Shown here piece after piece: positions 9,605 through 19,503 of a stretch of 64,000 nucleotides of DNA. The notes below the pieces were generated by a model, which had not been told where the DNA came from, ran no database searches, and saw nothing but the letters and a program-made list of their open reading frames with translations. Location: assembly GCA_963848965.1 (NCBI GenBank), contig CAWKFG010000005.1, forward strand, positions 1-64,000, read 5' to 3'. The DNA comes from an uncultured bacterium. Its GTDB lineage: Bacteria > Babelota > Babeliae > Babelales > Babelaceae. Numbering within the stretch: the stretch's first letter is position 1; each line of letters opens with the position of its first letter. The translations under genes and the position numbers were made by a program.

Positions 9605-9958
9605 ATGTTCACTATTAAATCTCAAATCCTTTTAATCAGCGCACTTTTTGTAAGTATTTCTATGTCATATGACACTGCAGCTATGGCAGCAGAGGCTCAG
9701 CCCAGTTCATGGGGTCTCCTTACTCCTTTTGTCAATATTTGGAATAGGATGGAAAAACAAGTAAATGATGCTTATGATTCTGGCGAACTCTATATCTTCA
9801 CTACTCCACCTAATAAGAAAAAACCTGACACGTCAAAAGCTTCTACTGATAGTAGTGATACTAATAAAGAGAATACTAAAAATGCTACTGCCTCTCAATC
9901 AACTAAAAAAGCACCTAGTACATCTTTAGTTATTGAACCTGCAAAACCAAAAAAATAG
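9605..9958 (+). CDS. Hypothetical secreted protein with low-complexity C-terminus
   Basis: AAGGAG RBS, signal peptide, S/T/K-rich tail. Confidence 0.7.
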   Translation: MFTIKSQILLISALFVSISMSYDTAAMAAEAQPSSWGLLTPFVNIWNRMEKQVNDAYDSGELYIFTTPPNKKKPDTSKASTDSSDTNKENTKNATASQSTKKAPSTSLVIEPAKPKK

Positions 9959-9975
9959 CAAAAATCTCTAAAGTC

Positions 9976-10368
9976 TTAGGCAGGTGCAAAGGTTCGGTAA
10001 TTAGTACCTTTAAAAAAGCGATTGAAGGCCTCAAGGCCTATATATCCTCTTTGATAAGCAATATCCATAAGGGTAATAAACCCTGTAAGATTTGCACTTA
10101 ACATAAGAAGATCTTCAAAAGTATGAAAAGGTTTTTCAGGCCCATTAAATAAAATACGTTTTGCTACCATAGCACTATACATACTAATGGCAAAGTAAGT
10201 AACAGCTGCAGAGCAATTTATTATGCCTTTCATAAACTCATTAGCTTTATGAGACGAGTCTACTAGAGCTTCTTGCTCCTTAGGCTTCTTAGCATACACA
10301 TAAAAAGAGTTAATCATTACAAGCAATGTTATACATACTCTTATAGCTTTCATAGAAAGACCCTCCAT
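9976..10368 (-). CDS. Hypothetical membrane/secreted protein
   Basis: 130-aa ORF with a signal-like N-terminus (start may be MKAIR) and two hydrophobic segments. Confidence 0.6.
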   Translation of the reverse strand: MEGLSMKAIRVCITLLVMINSFYVYAKKPKEQEALVDSSHKANEFMKGIINCSAAVTYFAISMYSAMVAKRILFNGPEKPFHTFEDLLMLSANLTGFITLMDIAYQRGYIGLEAFNRFFKGTNYRTFAPA

Positions 10369-10494
10369 GAGCCAAATAATTATTTCTTATGATATCTTTT
10401 TTACTTAAGCATATTCACTCAGTTTTGGTCAACGTTTATCTTATTAGATATTACCTTCAGGAACCATGCTTCTATGAAGAAATAATGTAATTTC

Positions 10495-10523
10495 TTGCCT
10501 CTAACAGCGCTTTCTTATATAAT
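10495..10523 (+). promoter_or_regulatory. sigma70-type promoter of the ABC-F leader
   Basis: TTGCCT-17 nt-TATAAT. Confidence 0.6.
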
Positions 10524-10563
10524 AGATATATATAACCTATTTTAACCACGGAGTTTTTGTACC

Positions 10564-10584
10564 ATGAAAACAGTATCTCAATAA
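10564..10584 (+). CDS. Putative leader peptide (uORF MKTVSQ) of the ABC-F gene
   Basis: GGAG at 10550-10553, then ATG AAA ACA GTA TCT CAA TAA. Its 3' end is complementary to the ABC-F initiation region. Confidence 0.55.
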   Translation: MKTVSQ

Positions 10585-10651
10585 GCCCTAAACAATAAGG
10601 GCACCAATAACAGTAGTTATCTGAAAACCCTTAATTATTGAGAAATACTTT

Positions 10652-12070
10652 ATGATACATCGACCCATAGTCTTACAGAATATTAGTTTAGATTTTCCTT
10701 CAAAAACCTGTTTTCGTAATCTCTCTGCACAAATACAGTGTGGCCAGCGTATTGCTATAATTGGCCGTAACGGCAGTGGAAAATCTACACTTTTAAAAAT
10801 AATTCAACATCTTTATGATCCCACTGAAGGCACAATTCATATACCAAGTGATGTAGCATTTGGCTTTGTTCCACAAATTATACAGGAATATAACACATTA
10901 AGTGGAGGTGAGCGATTTAATAAAGCATTTACACAAGCATTAGCTACAAACCCTAATGTACTATGTCTAGATGAGCCTACAAATCATTTAGACGCTTCTA
11001 ATAAACAATCGCTTATACAAGCCTTAAACAAATTCAGCGGTACTCTTATTGTAATCTCTCACGATAGAGAGCTTGTGCGCAATTGTGTAGATACATTGTG
11101 GTATATTGATGAAGAAAAAGTTTCCTTTTTCTCAGGCTCTTATGATGAGTTTATAAGAGAACGAGAAGCACTTTTTACTACTCGAATACATCATATAGAA
11201 TATCTGCAAAAAGAGCAGAAAAAAGCTCGCGCTGCCTTAGAATTTGAACAAAAGCGTGCAGCACAAAGCAAACGAATGAACAGATCAGAAAACGATCGTG
11301 CTCTTAGAAATAGGATGAGAGAAACCGGCTCTCGTACTTCAGGTAAAAAGCTCGGCAAAATTCATAGCACAAAGAAAGAGCTTATAGAAGCACTACATAA
11401 CGCTCGATTGCCAGAAGTCATTAAGCCTACGTTTACCCTTAATTCTTCTCAGCTATCTAAAAAAACTCTTGTTCAAGTCTCTGATGGAGCTTGTGGCTAT
11501 ACTTATCCTATTATAAAAGATATTAATTTCTTATTAGGATCCCAAGAACGCATTGCACTAACAGGAGATAATGGTTCAGGCAAATCAACCCTCGTTAAAG
11601 CCTTATTAGGAGATAACGCAATAACTAAGTCTGGAAACTGGCTAGCGCCGCAATTAAGCGCTATTGGATATTTAGATCAACATTATAGCAGCTTATCTCC
11701 CGAACTTTCTGTTTTAGAGGTTATTCAAGAATGTGCCCCAATAGCTCACTATAAAGATATTAGAGACCACTTAAACAGCTTTTTATTTAGAAAGAATGAA
11801 GAAGTAACCGCTTATGTTAAAACACTCTCTGGAGGAGAAAAAGCGCGTTTGTCTCTTGCACAAATAGCTGCCATTAATCCACAGCTGTTAATCTTAGATG
11901 AAGTTACCAATAACTTAGATTTTGAAACACGTGAGCATGTTATACAAGTTATTAGTGAGTACGTAGGTGCACTCATTGTTATATCGCATGATACAGATTT
12001 TTTAGAAAGAATTAAGATAGCAAATAGATATCATATAGAAAATGGAACTTTTTCCAGAACATATGAGTAG
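10652..12070 (+). CDS. ABC-F family ATPase (ribosome protection/ARE-like)
   Basis: Two ABC cassettes (GRNGSGKST/LSGGE/LDEPTNHLD and GDNGSGKST/LSGGEK/LDEVTNNLD), a long charged linker, no TM segments. Confidence 0.92.
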   Translation: MIHRPIVLQNISLDFPSKTCFRNLSAQIQCGQRIAIIGRNGSGKSTLLKIIQHLYDPTEGTIHIPSDVAFGFVPQIIQEYNTLSGGERFNKAFTQALATNPNVLCLDEPTNHLDASNKQSLIQALNKFSGTLIVISHDRELVRNCVDTLWYIDEEKVSFFSGSYDEFIREREALFTTRIHHIEYLQKEQKKARAALEFEQKRAAQSKRMNRSENDRALRNRMRETGSRTSGKKLGKIHSTKKELIEALHNARLPEVIKPTFTLNSSQLSKKTLVQVSDGACGYTYPIIKDINFLLGSQERIALTGDNGSGKSTLVKALLGDNAITKSGNWLAPQLSAIGYLDQHYSSLSPELSVLEVIQECAPIAHYKDIRDHLNSFLFRKNEEVTAYVKTLSGGEKARLSLAQIAAINPQLLILDEVTNNLDFETREHVIQVISEYVGALIVISHDTDFLERIKIANRYHIENGTFSRTYE

Positions 12071-12226
12071 GTCGTGCTTTGTTTGACTATATATTGCCTA
12101 CATAGTCCAAACATGAATTAGTATTTTGTAGCATTGTAGAAGAAGCCATACCAAACACTTGATAACTTGTCCATACTACTGTACAATTATTCAAGGAACA
12201 AGTATTTAAGAACTAGAATAAAAAGT

Positions 12227-12496
12227 ATGAACAAAATAAAAAAATCATCAAAAGACCAAGAAATTAAATCCGCAACAGGACTTGCTATTCTCGAAGGATT
12301 AGAAAAAAATAATCCTGCAGCAGTTATTACAGCGATAACAAATTATTTAAAGAATAAAAACAAATCAAAAACTGCAAAACGGGGAAATCTTGCTCGGAGC
12401 ACGCTTTATCTTACAATGGTTAGTGGCGCTAATCCAACCTTAAAAACATTAGCCAAGGTTGTTTATGCTTGTACCCATGAAGGAGAACAAATATGA
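12227..12496 (+). CDS. HTH addiction-module antidote-like protein (HI1420/HigA-like)
   Basis: KSKTAKRGNLARSTLYLTMVSGANPTLKTLAKVV matches the probable addiction module antidote HTH pattern. Confidence 0.72.
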   Translation: MNKIKKSSKDQEIKSATGLAILEGLEKNNPAAVITAITNYLKNKNKSKTAKRGNLARSTLYLTMVSGANPTLKTLAKVVYACTHEGEQI

Positions 12497-12813
12497 TCTC
12501 ACAAAATGTTATCGATGAAGTAAAGCATCGCCTGGTTAAAACATATAATCCTCTTGCTATATATCTTTTTGGTTCCTATGCTTGGGGATGCCCTGATCAA
12601 GACAGCGATCTCGATTTACTTATAGTCATAGATAAATATAATAAAAATCGCCACCAAGTATTAGTTGATGGTCACAGAGCGCTAATAGGCTTGTATGTAT
12701 CAAAAGACATTCTCGTATATAGTAAAGAAGAATGGGAAAAGTTTTCAAAAGATAAAACTAAATTTTGCTACAAGATTAAGCATGAAGGAAAGCTTATATA
12801 TGGCAAGGCCTAA
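12493..12813 (+). CDS. Minimal nucleotidyltransferase (MNT) antitoxin
   Basis: IYLFGSYAWG...DSDLDLLIV (GS..DxD). Overlaps the upstream gene by ATGA. Confidence 0.9.
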   Translation: MISQNVIDEVKHRLVKTYNPLAIYLFGSYAWGCPDQDSDLDLLIVIDKYNKNRHQVLVDGHRALIGLYVSKDILVYSKEEWEKFSKDKTKFCYKIKHEGKLIYGKA

Positions 12814-13156
12814 TGATTGGTTATGCAAAGCAGAAGAAGATTTACTTGCTGCAAAAAGTTTATTGAGAGATGAAATTTTAGGACCTGCTCTCTATCATAC
12901 TCAACAGTGTGCTGAAAAAGCTCTTAAAGCATACTTAGCTTTAAAGAAGCAAAAAATTAAGAGAACTCATGATTTGCTTATTCTTGTTACTGATTGTACT
13001 TTTTTTGATTTACAATTTAATGACCTCATATCATGTGCAACAGAGCTAAATCCCTACGTTTCAGCAACAAGATATCCAGATGACTGTCTTTTTATTCCAG
13101 ATATTTTTACTGTTTTAGCAGAAATGGTTCTCAATTTTATTAAAGAAAGAACTTAA
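12800..13156 (+). CDS. HEPN domain protein (HEPN-MNT toxin-antitoxin pair)
   Basis: Start MARPNDW. Motifs A.EDL..A, YHTQQCAEKALKA, THDL and TRYP. Confidence 0.88.
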   Translation: MARPNDWLCKAEEDLLAAKSLLRDEILGPALYHTQQCAEKALKAYLALKKQKIKRTHDLLILVTDCTFFDLQFNDLISCATELNPYVSATRYPDDCLFIPDIFTVLAEMVLNFIKERT

Positions 13157-13377
13157 CATTAACATTTCATCTTTTAATTCAAAAAGCATGGTGGTACTGA
13201 GCAACAATTCTAAGCCTATGTAGCATAGATTGCTTACTAACCAAAATTTAATCATAGCATCGATGACAGGCCACAAATACTCTCTTAGAAAAGATAAAAA
13301 TATGCTAGTTATTTTTTATAGATATGGTAAAATATGCCCAAGATTTAGAAAGTTAAAATTACCATAAAGAACCATAT

Positions 13378-13782
13378 ATGAATAATGTGTCTATTCCTGC
13401 ACTTACTCCTCATAAATATCCTTGGTGGATAGTCTCTTCTTTCTTATTTGCTTTTGTACCCCTAACTTATTTTGCGCTAGAATTGCCAGATTATTTTAAC
13501 ATGAGCACAGTGCTTAAAAATGCAGAAAAAGCATTTATTCATAAAGACTATTATCAAGCCATAGAATACTATCAAACAGTTCTTCAAAAAGCTCCGGACT
13601 GCAGAAAAGCAAAAATTCGTCTTGCTGAATGTTACTTTTCTTTCAATATTTTTGAGCTTGATGTAAAAGCATTAAAATATCTCGCTAGAGTAGAGTTAAA
13701 GAAAGAGGAATGGCGTGAACTTACTGCGTATATGCCTGAAAAGTACTGGTCCCTTTTTAACTCAAAAGGAAGATATGTTTAA
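13378..13782 (+). CDS. Membrane-anchored TPR protein
   Basis: TM segment followed by AEKAFIHKDYYQAIEYYQTVLQKAPD...AKIRLAECY. Confidence 0.75.
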   Translation: MNNVSIPALTPHKYPWWIVSSFLFAFVPLTYFALELPDYFNMSTVLKNAEKAFIHKDYYQAIEYYQTVLQKAPDCRKAKIRLAECYFSFNIFELDVKALKYLARVELKKEEWRELTAYMPEKYWSLFNSKGRYV

Positions 13783-14323
13783 TAGTTTACCTGGCTGGCT
13801 AATAGCTCTATTAACGTGCCCTGGTATTGTAATACATGAAATAGCACACAGATTCTTTTGTGATATTCTTGGAGTTAAAGTATATGCAATATGCTACTTC
13901 GCCTTTGGCTCAGAAGATACTGTTGGTTGTGTTTTACATGAAGCAAGTACCACGATGAGACAAGCCTTTTGGATTTCTTTAGGCCCTCTTATTATAAATA
14001 CACTTATTTGCGCTCTCTTTACGTTTCCTCTTATGGCTTCACAGTTTCTTGTTGGAGACTTCATGAGCCGCTCTACCTTTCCATTGCTTGGTTACCTCTT
14101 TTTAGCCTGGATAGGATTTTCTGCAGGAGCTCATGCTTTTCCAAGTGATCGAGATTTAAGCAATGTTTTAGAAACAGCAAAAGAGCTTAATGTTACTCCT
14201 TCTTTATTTACCCTAGTTCTCATACGTCTTATTATTGGTTTAAACTTTTTAGAATCACTGTATATCTCTTTTCTCTATGCATATGGCGTAAGTTTATTAT
14301 TACCATACATTCTTTTAGGATAG
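13775..14323 (+). CDS. Membrane zinc metalloprotease (HExxH, M50-like)
   Basis: PGIVIHEIAH, ISLGPL and AFPSDRD motifs, several TM segments. Confidence 0.75.
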   Translation: MFNSLPGWLIALLTCPGIVIHEIAHRFFCDILGVKVYAICYFAFGSEDTVGCVLHEASTTMRQAFWISLGPLIINTLICALFTFPLMASQFLVGDFMSRSTFPLLGYLFLAWIGFSAGAHAFPSDRDLSNVLETAKELNVTPSLFTLVLIRLIIGLNFLESLYISFLYAYGVSLLLPYILLG

Positions 14324-14327
14324 TACA

Positions 14328-15437
14328 ATGGAAAAGCATTTCTTAAACGTTCCACAACATATGTTTTACGTTAACAGGTTAAAAGTCTTAAAAAAAATAG
14401 GCATTAAACTTCTTATCTTTTTGAGCCTTAGTACATTGCTTTTACTTACTTATCTATACCTTAAACCTTATATGGAATATATAGCACCACTTATAGCAAT
14501 GTTTTTCCTATTTGCTTTTTTTATACGACCAAGCTTTAAATTTTGTTTAAAGGCTTTTTTTACTTTTGATCCTATTCTAGAAGTGAGTGAAGATGGCATA
14601 CTTTTATTTGGTTTTCAAGAAATACCATGGGACAGGATCAAGAATGTACAACTTACAAAAGATATTCCTGATGATGTTCTTGAGATAGAGATTTTTCTTC
14701 CAAGTAAACATACACTCATGCAATCAGCCCATGAGGCTCTTAATAAAGAAACTTCAATAGGGGGACGATTCAAAACCATTAAAATCGATAACGTTCTTAC
14801 CTGTTCTAGCGAATATATCTTAAATTCTATTCTTGCCCACTGGAAAAAGGCTATGGGTATATCAGAAGTAGAACCAGCTAAAGAAGAATTAGATTATAGT
14901 GCTATACAAGCTCTTCAAGATGAGATCAAAGATAAAGAGGTCGTAGTATTCGTCAATAAAAAAGAGCTGCGAAGCACAATAATTACATTTTCTTTTTTTG
15001 CTTGTTTTTGTTTTATAGCTGCTTGGCTTACATACAACACTGGACTTGTACTTGTTACAGCTGGCTTATATCGTCATGGAATGCCCCTTTGGATGGTTGC
15101 CGCTATATGTGGTATCTTCATATTATGCATATCCCTCAAACATGTAGTTGCTTATCTTAAACAAGACCCTACTAAGCCAATGGCAATTATTAACAAAGAT
15201 GGAATAAAAATGCTTCCTAGTAAACATATATCTTGGCAAGAAGTTGATAGCGTTACCAAAAATGATCAAAGTCATCTTGTACGCGTTAATTTAAAGGGTA
15301 AATCAACTTCTTCTAATTATATAACATTTGATCATATTAATCTTTCTTCTCAAGAGTTAGCAGATGTGCTACAAAAATACCATAAAGCCTACGGCTTTAC
15401 TGCTCACAAAGATACGCCATCTAAGGAGGAGCAGTAA
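14328..15437 (+). CDS. Membrane protein with two tandem TM-pair plus bacterial PH-like units
   Basis: Internal duplication: PILEVSEDGI...IPWDRIKNV and PMAIINKDGI...ISWQEVDSV, each after two TM helices. Confidence 0.62.
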   Translation: MEKHFLNVPQHMFYVNRLKVLKKIGIKLLIFLSLSTLLLLTYLYLKPYMEYIAPLIAMFFLFAFFIRPSFKFCLKAFFTFDPILEVSEDGILLFGFQEIPWDRIKNVQLTKDIPDDVLEIEIFLPSKHTLMQSAHEALNKETSIGGRFKTIKIDNVLTCSSEYILNSILAHWKKAMGISEVEPAKEELDYSAIQALQDEIKDKEVVVFVNKKELRSTIITFSFFACFCFIAAWLTYNTGLVLVTAGLYRHGMPLWMVAAICGIFILCISLKHVVAYLKQDPTKPMAIINKDGIKMLPSKHISWQEVDSVTKNDQSHLVRVNLKGKSTSSNYITFDHINLSSQELADVLQKYHKAYGFTAHKDTPSKEEQ

Positions 15438-15670
15438 GCTCTAATGCTATTCAGTGATCATTAAATTAAGTAACTTTCAACTCTTTTATAGTATTGTCTA
15501 AAAGGCCGTCAACGTCGCGTCATTGAATACACACATTTATCAATAATGGTAATTCTATACAAAGCAAAAAATTTCTACATTTGAATTTTAAATCTAATTC
15601 ACAGATTATATTGACAAATAAAAAATATGAATTAGTCTTATTAAAGTAAATTTAAGAAAGGGTATTTCTA

Positions 15671-17434
15671 ATGTATAGAAAAAAGCTTAGTATTATTTTC
15701 TTAACAAGTTTAAGTATATGTAATTATTTGTTGAGTATGGAAAATGCTGAAAACACTGACGCTATTATCCTGCCAAAAAGACGCTTTCCTCCTGAACCTG
15801 AAGCCCATTATACAGCACAGTGCTCTCCTTCAATTACTACACAGTTAACTCTACGCAGTAGTGAATTAGATTGTATAGATACATTAACTAGTTTGACTAA
15901 GCTTGAAGAGCTTTCACTTATAAGCGACCAAATAGAAAAAATATCAACAACAGTTAATAATCTCAATACTCTTAAGAGTTTAACTCTTAATCTTAAAAAC
16001 AGTAACCAGAAAGACCTAAAATTATTAGCTTTTCTTTTTAAGCTTACTGAGATAGCACTGGATAATAATGTTATTGAAGAAATACCAGCTACACTCAGCA
16101 CTCTTACTAACCTTAATTCTCTTTCTCTTAGCAATAACAAAATAAAAAATATAGGGGGATTAATTTGTCTTCCTAAACTTAAAAAGCTTAACCTTGATCA
16201 TAATCAATTAGAAGTAATGCCTTCTACAATAAGTAATCTTAGCGCATTAGTTTACCTTAATATTAATAATAATATACTAAGAGGTATTGAAGGATTAGTA
16301 GCTCTTCCTAATCTTGAGTATCTTAAGCTTGATAACAACAAAATACAAGAAATCCCTGCAGTAATTAGTAATCTTATCCAACTTGAACGGCTTTTTCTTA
16401 ATAATAACTTAATAAAGGATATAGCAGCTATATTCTTCTTGCTTAATCTTAAAGGACTATATCTTAGCAATAATAAAATAAAAGAGATACCAGTAGATAT
16501 TACTAACCTTACTAAACTAGAGCATCTCGATCTTAGCAATAATATTATAAAAGAACTACCAGAAGGAATAACTAATCTCACGAATCTTTTAGACATTAAT
16601 CTTAGTAAAAACCAATTAAGTACTTTAAATCCATTAGCTCTTCTTCATAAAGTTCAATTCCTTAGTCTTGCTAATAATAAAATAAAAGAAATACCACAAG
16701 AGGTGAGCAAGCTTACTTGCCTTGAAAGTCTTTGGCTTAACGATAATAAAATAAAGACCTTCAAGAATTTAACATCTTTGAGATTTCCTCGTGCAATATG
16801 TGATAGAGGCCTTCAATATCTCTGGCTTAATAATAATAAGATAGAAAAGATACCAACAGGAATATCAAACCTTACTCTCTTGGAAAACTTAGATCTTGAT
16901 AATAATAAAATAAGAGAGATAGCAGAAGGTGTAACTAAACTCACTTTGCTTAGAAATCTCTATTTAAGTAATAATAACATAAGCGATATAAAGCCACTAT
17001 TACCTTGCACATATCTTCAACGCCTTACGTTAAGGAATAATCAATTAACAAAGTTGCCAAGGCAAATAATAAATCTACCATTTATACGATTATTAGACTT
17101 AAGAGGTAATAAATTAAAAAATGGAGACCATGCAAACCGCATAGAAGATATTGCTTTAGACGGCCCTCTTGATGAGCCTGAAGAATCCATAAGAGAAGCT
17201 CATAAATATTTTAAAATGCTAGCAGAAGAGAGAATAATTGAATACCACAATTCAGATGACTCTATAAATCAAGATACTTTGATATATGCATCGCTAAAGA
17301 CTCTAGCAAAATCTAATGTATTTAAATATGAGAATTACAAGAAAATAGGATATTTAGCGTTGCTTCCTTCAGAACTTATAGAAGTACTCTTTAGATACAT
17401 AGAAAAAGCAGAGTATCAACTGGCAATGGAATGA
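15671..17434 (+). CDS. Secreted leucine-rich repeat protein with a C-terminal F-box-like motif
   Basis: Roughly 18 LxxLxLxxNxI repeats. YLALLPSELIEVLFRYI near the C-terminus. Confidence 0.9.
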   Translation: MYRKKLSIIFLTSLSICNYLLSMENAENTDAIILPKRRFPPEPEAHYTAQCSPSITTQLTLRSSELDCIDTLTSLTKLEELSLISDQIEKISTTVNNLNTLKSLTLNLKNSNQKDLKLLAFLFKLTEIALDNNVIEEIPATLSTLTNLNSLSLSNNKIKNIGGLICLPKLKKLNLDHNQLEVMPSTISNLSALVYLNINNNILRGIEGLVALPNLEYLKLDNNKIQEIPAVISNLIQLERLFLNNNLIKDIAAIFFLLNLKGLYLSNNKIKEIPVDITNLTKLEHLDLSNNIIKELPEGITNLTNLLDINLSKNQLSTLNPLALLHKVQFLSLANNKIKEIPQEVSKLTCLESLWLNDNKIKTFKNLTSLRFPRAICDRGLQYLWLNNNKIEKIPTGISNLTLLENLDLDNNKIREIAEGVTKLTLLRNLYLSNNNISDIKPLLPCTYLQRLTLRNNQLTKLPRQIINLPFIRLLDLRGNKLKNGDHANRIEDIALDGPLDEPEESIREAHKYFKMLAEERIIEYHNSDDSINQDTLIYASLKTLAKSNVFKYENYKKIGYLALLPSELIEVLFRYIEKAEYQLAME

Positions 17435-17525
17435 AATAATTTATAGTAATAAATTATTGATTTATGTAAGCCTAAGTATGTAAATTTATAATAAGTAATT
17501 AAGACAAATAAAAATAGGAAGTAGT

Positions 17526-18416
17526 ATGAAGAAGATTTTTCTTTTCTTATCCATTTCTGCTGTAATACTGTCATCTCAGCTGTATAGTATGGAACCTGTT
17601 TTCAAAAAAATAGGAGAATTGTTTAAACCAGAGCCCAAAAAACAGGAACAACCAGTAGAACCTCAAGTACAAGAACTACCTCGATTATTTATTAAAAACA
17701 TTCGAGAAGATGCAGTAGTTGTAGAATATACTTATGGAAGTGGCGATTTTAAAAATATATCTCTTATGCGAGTAGTATATCCACAGGAAGTAATCTGGAT
17801 TGGCAGTCCTAATAATATTACAACCCTTGGTCTTTGGCCTCATGGGGAATTCAAACAATACCTAGCTATGCCAAAAATGTTAAGAACCCCTGTAAATTAC
17901 GCAGACGAGGTTAAATCAAACCTTGGCAAAGGCGGAGCACAAATGATATTATCACAAGCAATTCGTTCAAAAATTGCAGCTACTGTTCTTCCTTATAGTA
18001 CGAAGACAGAGAAACTTGATATTGCTAGTATAGAACCAAGGATTCCCCTTGGTAGATGCGACCGTCTTGGTAACGTATTTAAACATGCAGCAATAATTAA
18101 TAAAGAAAAAGGTCCAATAAAACCTGAATACATATTAGGGGTTCTTCCTAAGCCTATTACTACAAATCCAAAAACTATAGAGGAATACGATGCTTCTCTC
18201 AAACAAGCTCGTCGTGATTTAAATGCAGGCTGGAATGAAATAAAAGTGACCATTCCAGGTCTTAGAAAAGAAGCTGTCCTTGAGCTTGTTAGACTAGCCT
18301 ATGACACTTTAGATCCCCTTAAAGAAGGAGGAGAAGTTGAATTTGCTGCAATTGCTGTCGAAGCTTTTGACCAATCCTCGAAGACCGCTTCGGCACAAGT
18401 AGAATGTCCTAAATAA
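17526..18416 (+). CDS. Secreted hypothetical protein with a degenerate J-domain-like C-terminal region
   Basis: Signal peptide plus ME. PEYILGV...LKQARRDL...W...LELVRLAYDTL, with no HPD. Confidence 0.6.
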   Translation: MKKIFLFLSISAVILSSQLYSMEPVFKKIGELFKPEPKKQEQPVEPQVQELPRLFIKNIREDAVVVEYTYGSGDFKNISLMRVVYPQEVIWIGSPNNITTLGLWPHGEFKQYLAMPKMLRTPVNYADEVKSNLGKGGAQMILSQAIRSKIAATVLPYSTKTEKLDIASIEPRIPLGRCDRLGNVFKHAAIINKEKGPIKPEYILGVLPKPITTNPKTIEEYDASLKQARRDLNAGWNEIKVTIPGLRKEAVLELVRLAYDTLDPLKEGGEVEFAAIAVEAFDQSSKTASAQVECPK

Positions 18417-18459
18417 TAGAAGAATGCATCAAATATTATAGCGTTGAGCAGGAAATCCA

Positions 18460-19503
18460 CTAATATTTAGTCTCTACAGGGCGATTGATAAACTTATTAT
18501 AAAACCATTTTACAATAAAATAGGCTGCTAAAGATGTTGTTAAAGATATGCTAGCATCTATCATAAAAGATTTAATTGTGCTCTCCTGTCCTTGGGTATT
18601 ACTTTGCTTAAGATTACTAGATTGCTGATATGCAGTATAAGCTTGAATAATATCAATCGCTAATAGCGTTGTATCACAATCTACTTTTTTAAGTATCTCT
18701 TTGCAAGCCATACCCCTAGTTTTTTCAACCATTTTTTTATAAAATTCAATTGGAAAAATAGCATCCCGCCAACTACCCTTAGAGAGACACCACCTATCAC
18801 TTTGCATATATTGCTTAATAATTACTTCACGATTTTTATCATTTGGAAAATCAAACTCCACGCAGAAACCTTTACATTGTTCTTTAATAGTAGCATCTAT
18901 GCTAGCAAAGTTACTTGTTTCACCTATACATAAAATAAAGGAGTCTGTCTGCTTAAGCTCACGTTCTAATGCCTCTCGTAATAATTTACGTTCATGACTA
19001 CTTTCTCGAGTATTAAATATAGCTTGTATTTCGTTAATAATTATAATTACCGGTTTCTTTGCCTGCCGAGCAATATCAAAAACTTGCTTCAATACATCTA
19101 TACCTTTTTTATCTTGCTTAATCAATAAAGAAGCATCAATTTCTGCGTAAAGCCTCTTTGATTCCAACGCAATAAGCTTGGCCGCTGCACTCTTACCAAT
19201 ACCAACAGGACCATGAAATAGAACTAATGAAGGGACTTTCTTTTTGTCCTTTAAAACGTAGTTCCATTTATAGATCTCTATGAGATGCATTATTTTCTCA
19301 GGAACTATACCAAAGTATTTATCGTTTTCTTTCAGAGGGTCTTTAAAGAAATCGTTAAACTGTGTTTTTTCTTCATCCGATACGCTACCATTCTTCCTTA
19401 TATCTTGCATACCACGTAGTGTAAATGGACTGTTATCACATTGGATATTGAAATTGCAATATACAAGCAACGCTAATACAGTTTTTAGTAATCTATATCC
19501 CAT
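18460..19503 (-). CDS. AAA+ ATPase with signal peptide and C-terminal TM (Walker B D to N)
   Basis: LFHGPVGIGKS (Walker A), IIIINE (Walker B variant), FPNDKNRE..I and TRGMA.KEI lid. Confidence 0.8.
   Translation of the reverse strand: MGYRLLKTVLALLVYCNFNIQCDNSPFTLRGMQDIRKNGSVSDEEKTQFNDFFKDPLKENDKYFGIVPEKIMHLIEIYKWNYVLKDKKKVPSLVLFHGPVGIGKSAAAKLIALESKRLYAEIDASLLIKQDKKGIDVLKQVFDIARQAKKPVIIIINEIQAIFNTRESSHERKLLREALERELKQTDSFILCIGETSNFASIDATIKEQCKGFCVEFDFPNDKNREVIIKQYMQSDRWCLSKGSWRDAIFPIEFYKKMVEKTRGMACKEILKKVDCDTTLLAIDIIQAYTAYQQSSNLKQSNTQGQESTIKSFMIDASISLTTSLAAYFIVKWFYNKFINRPVETKY

Noticed and set aside
15808..16596. Minus-strand ORFs inside the LRR gene
   Set aside because: Antisense shadows of the repetitive LRR codons.
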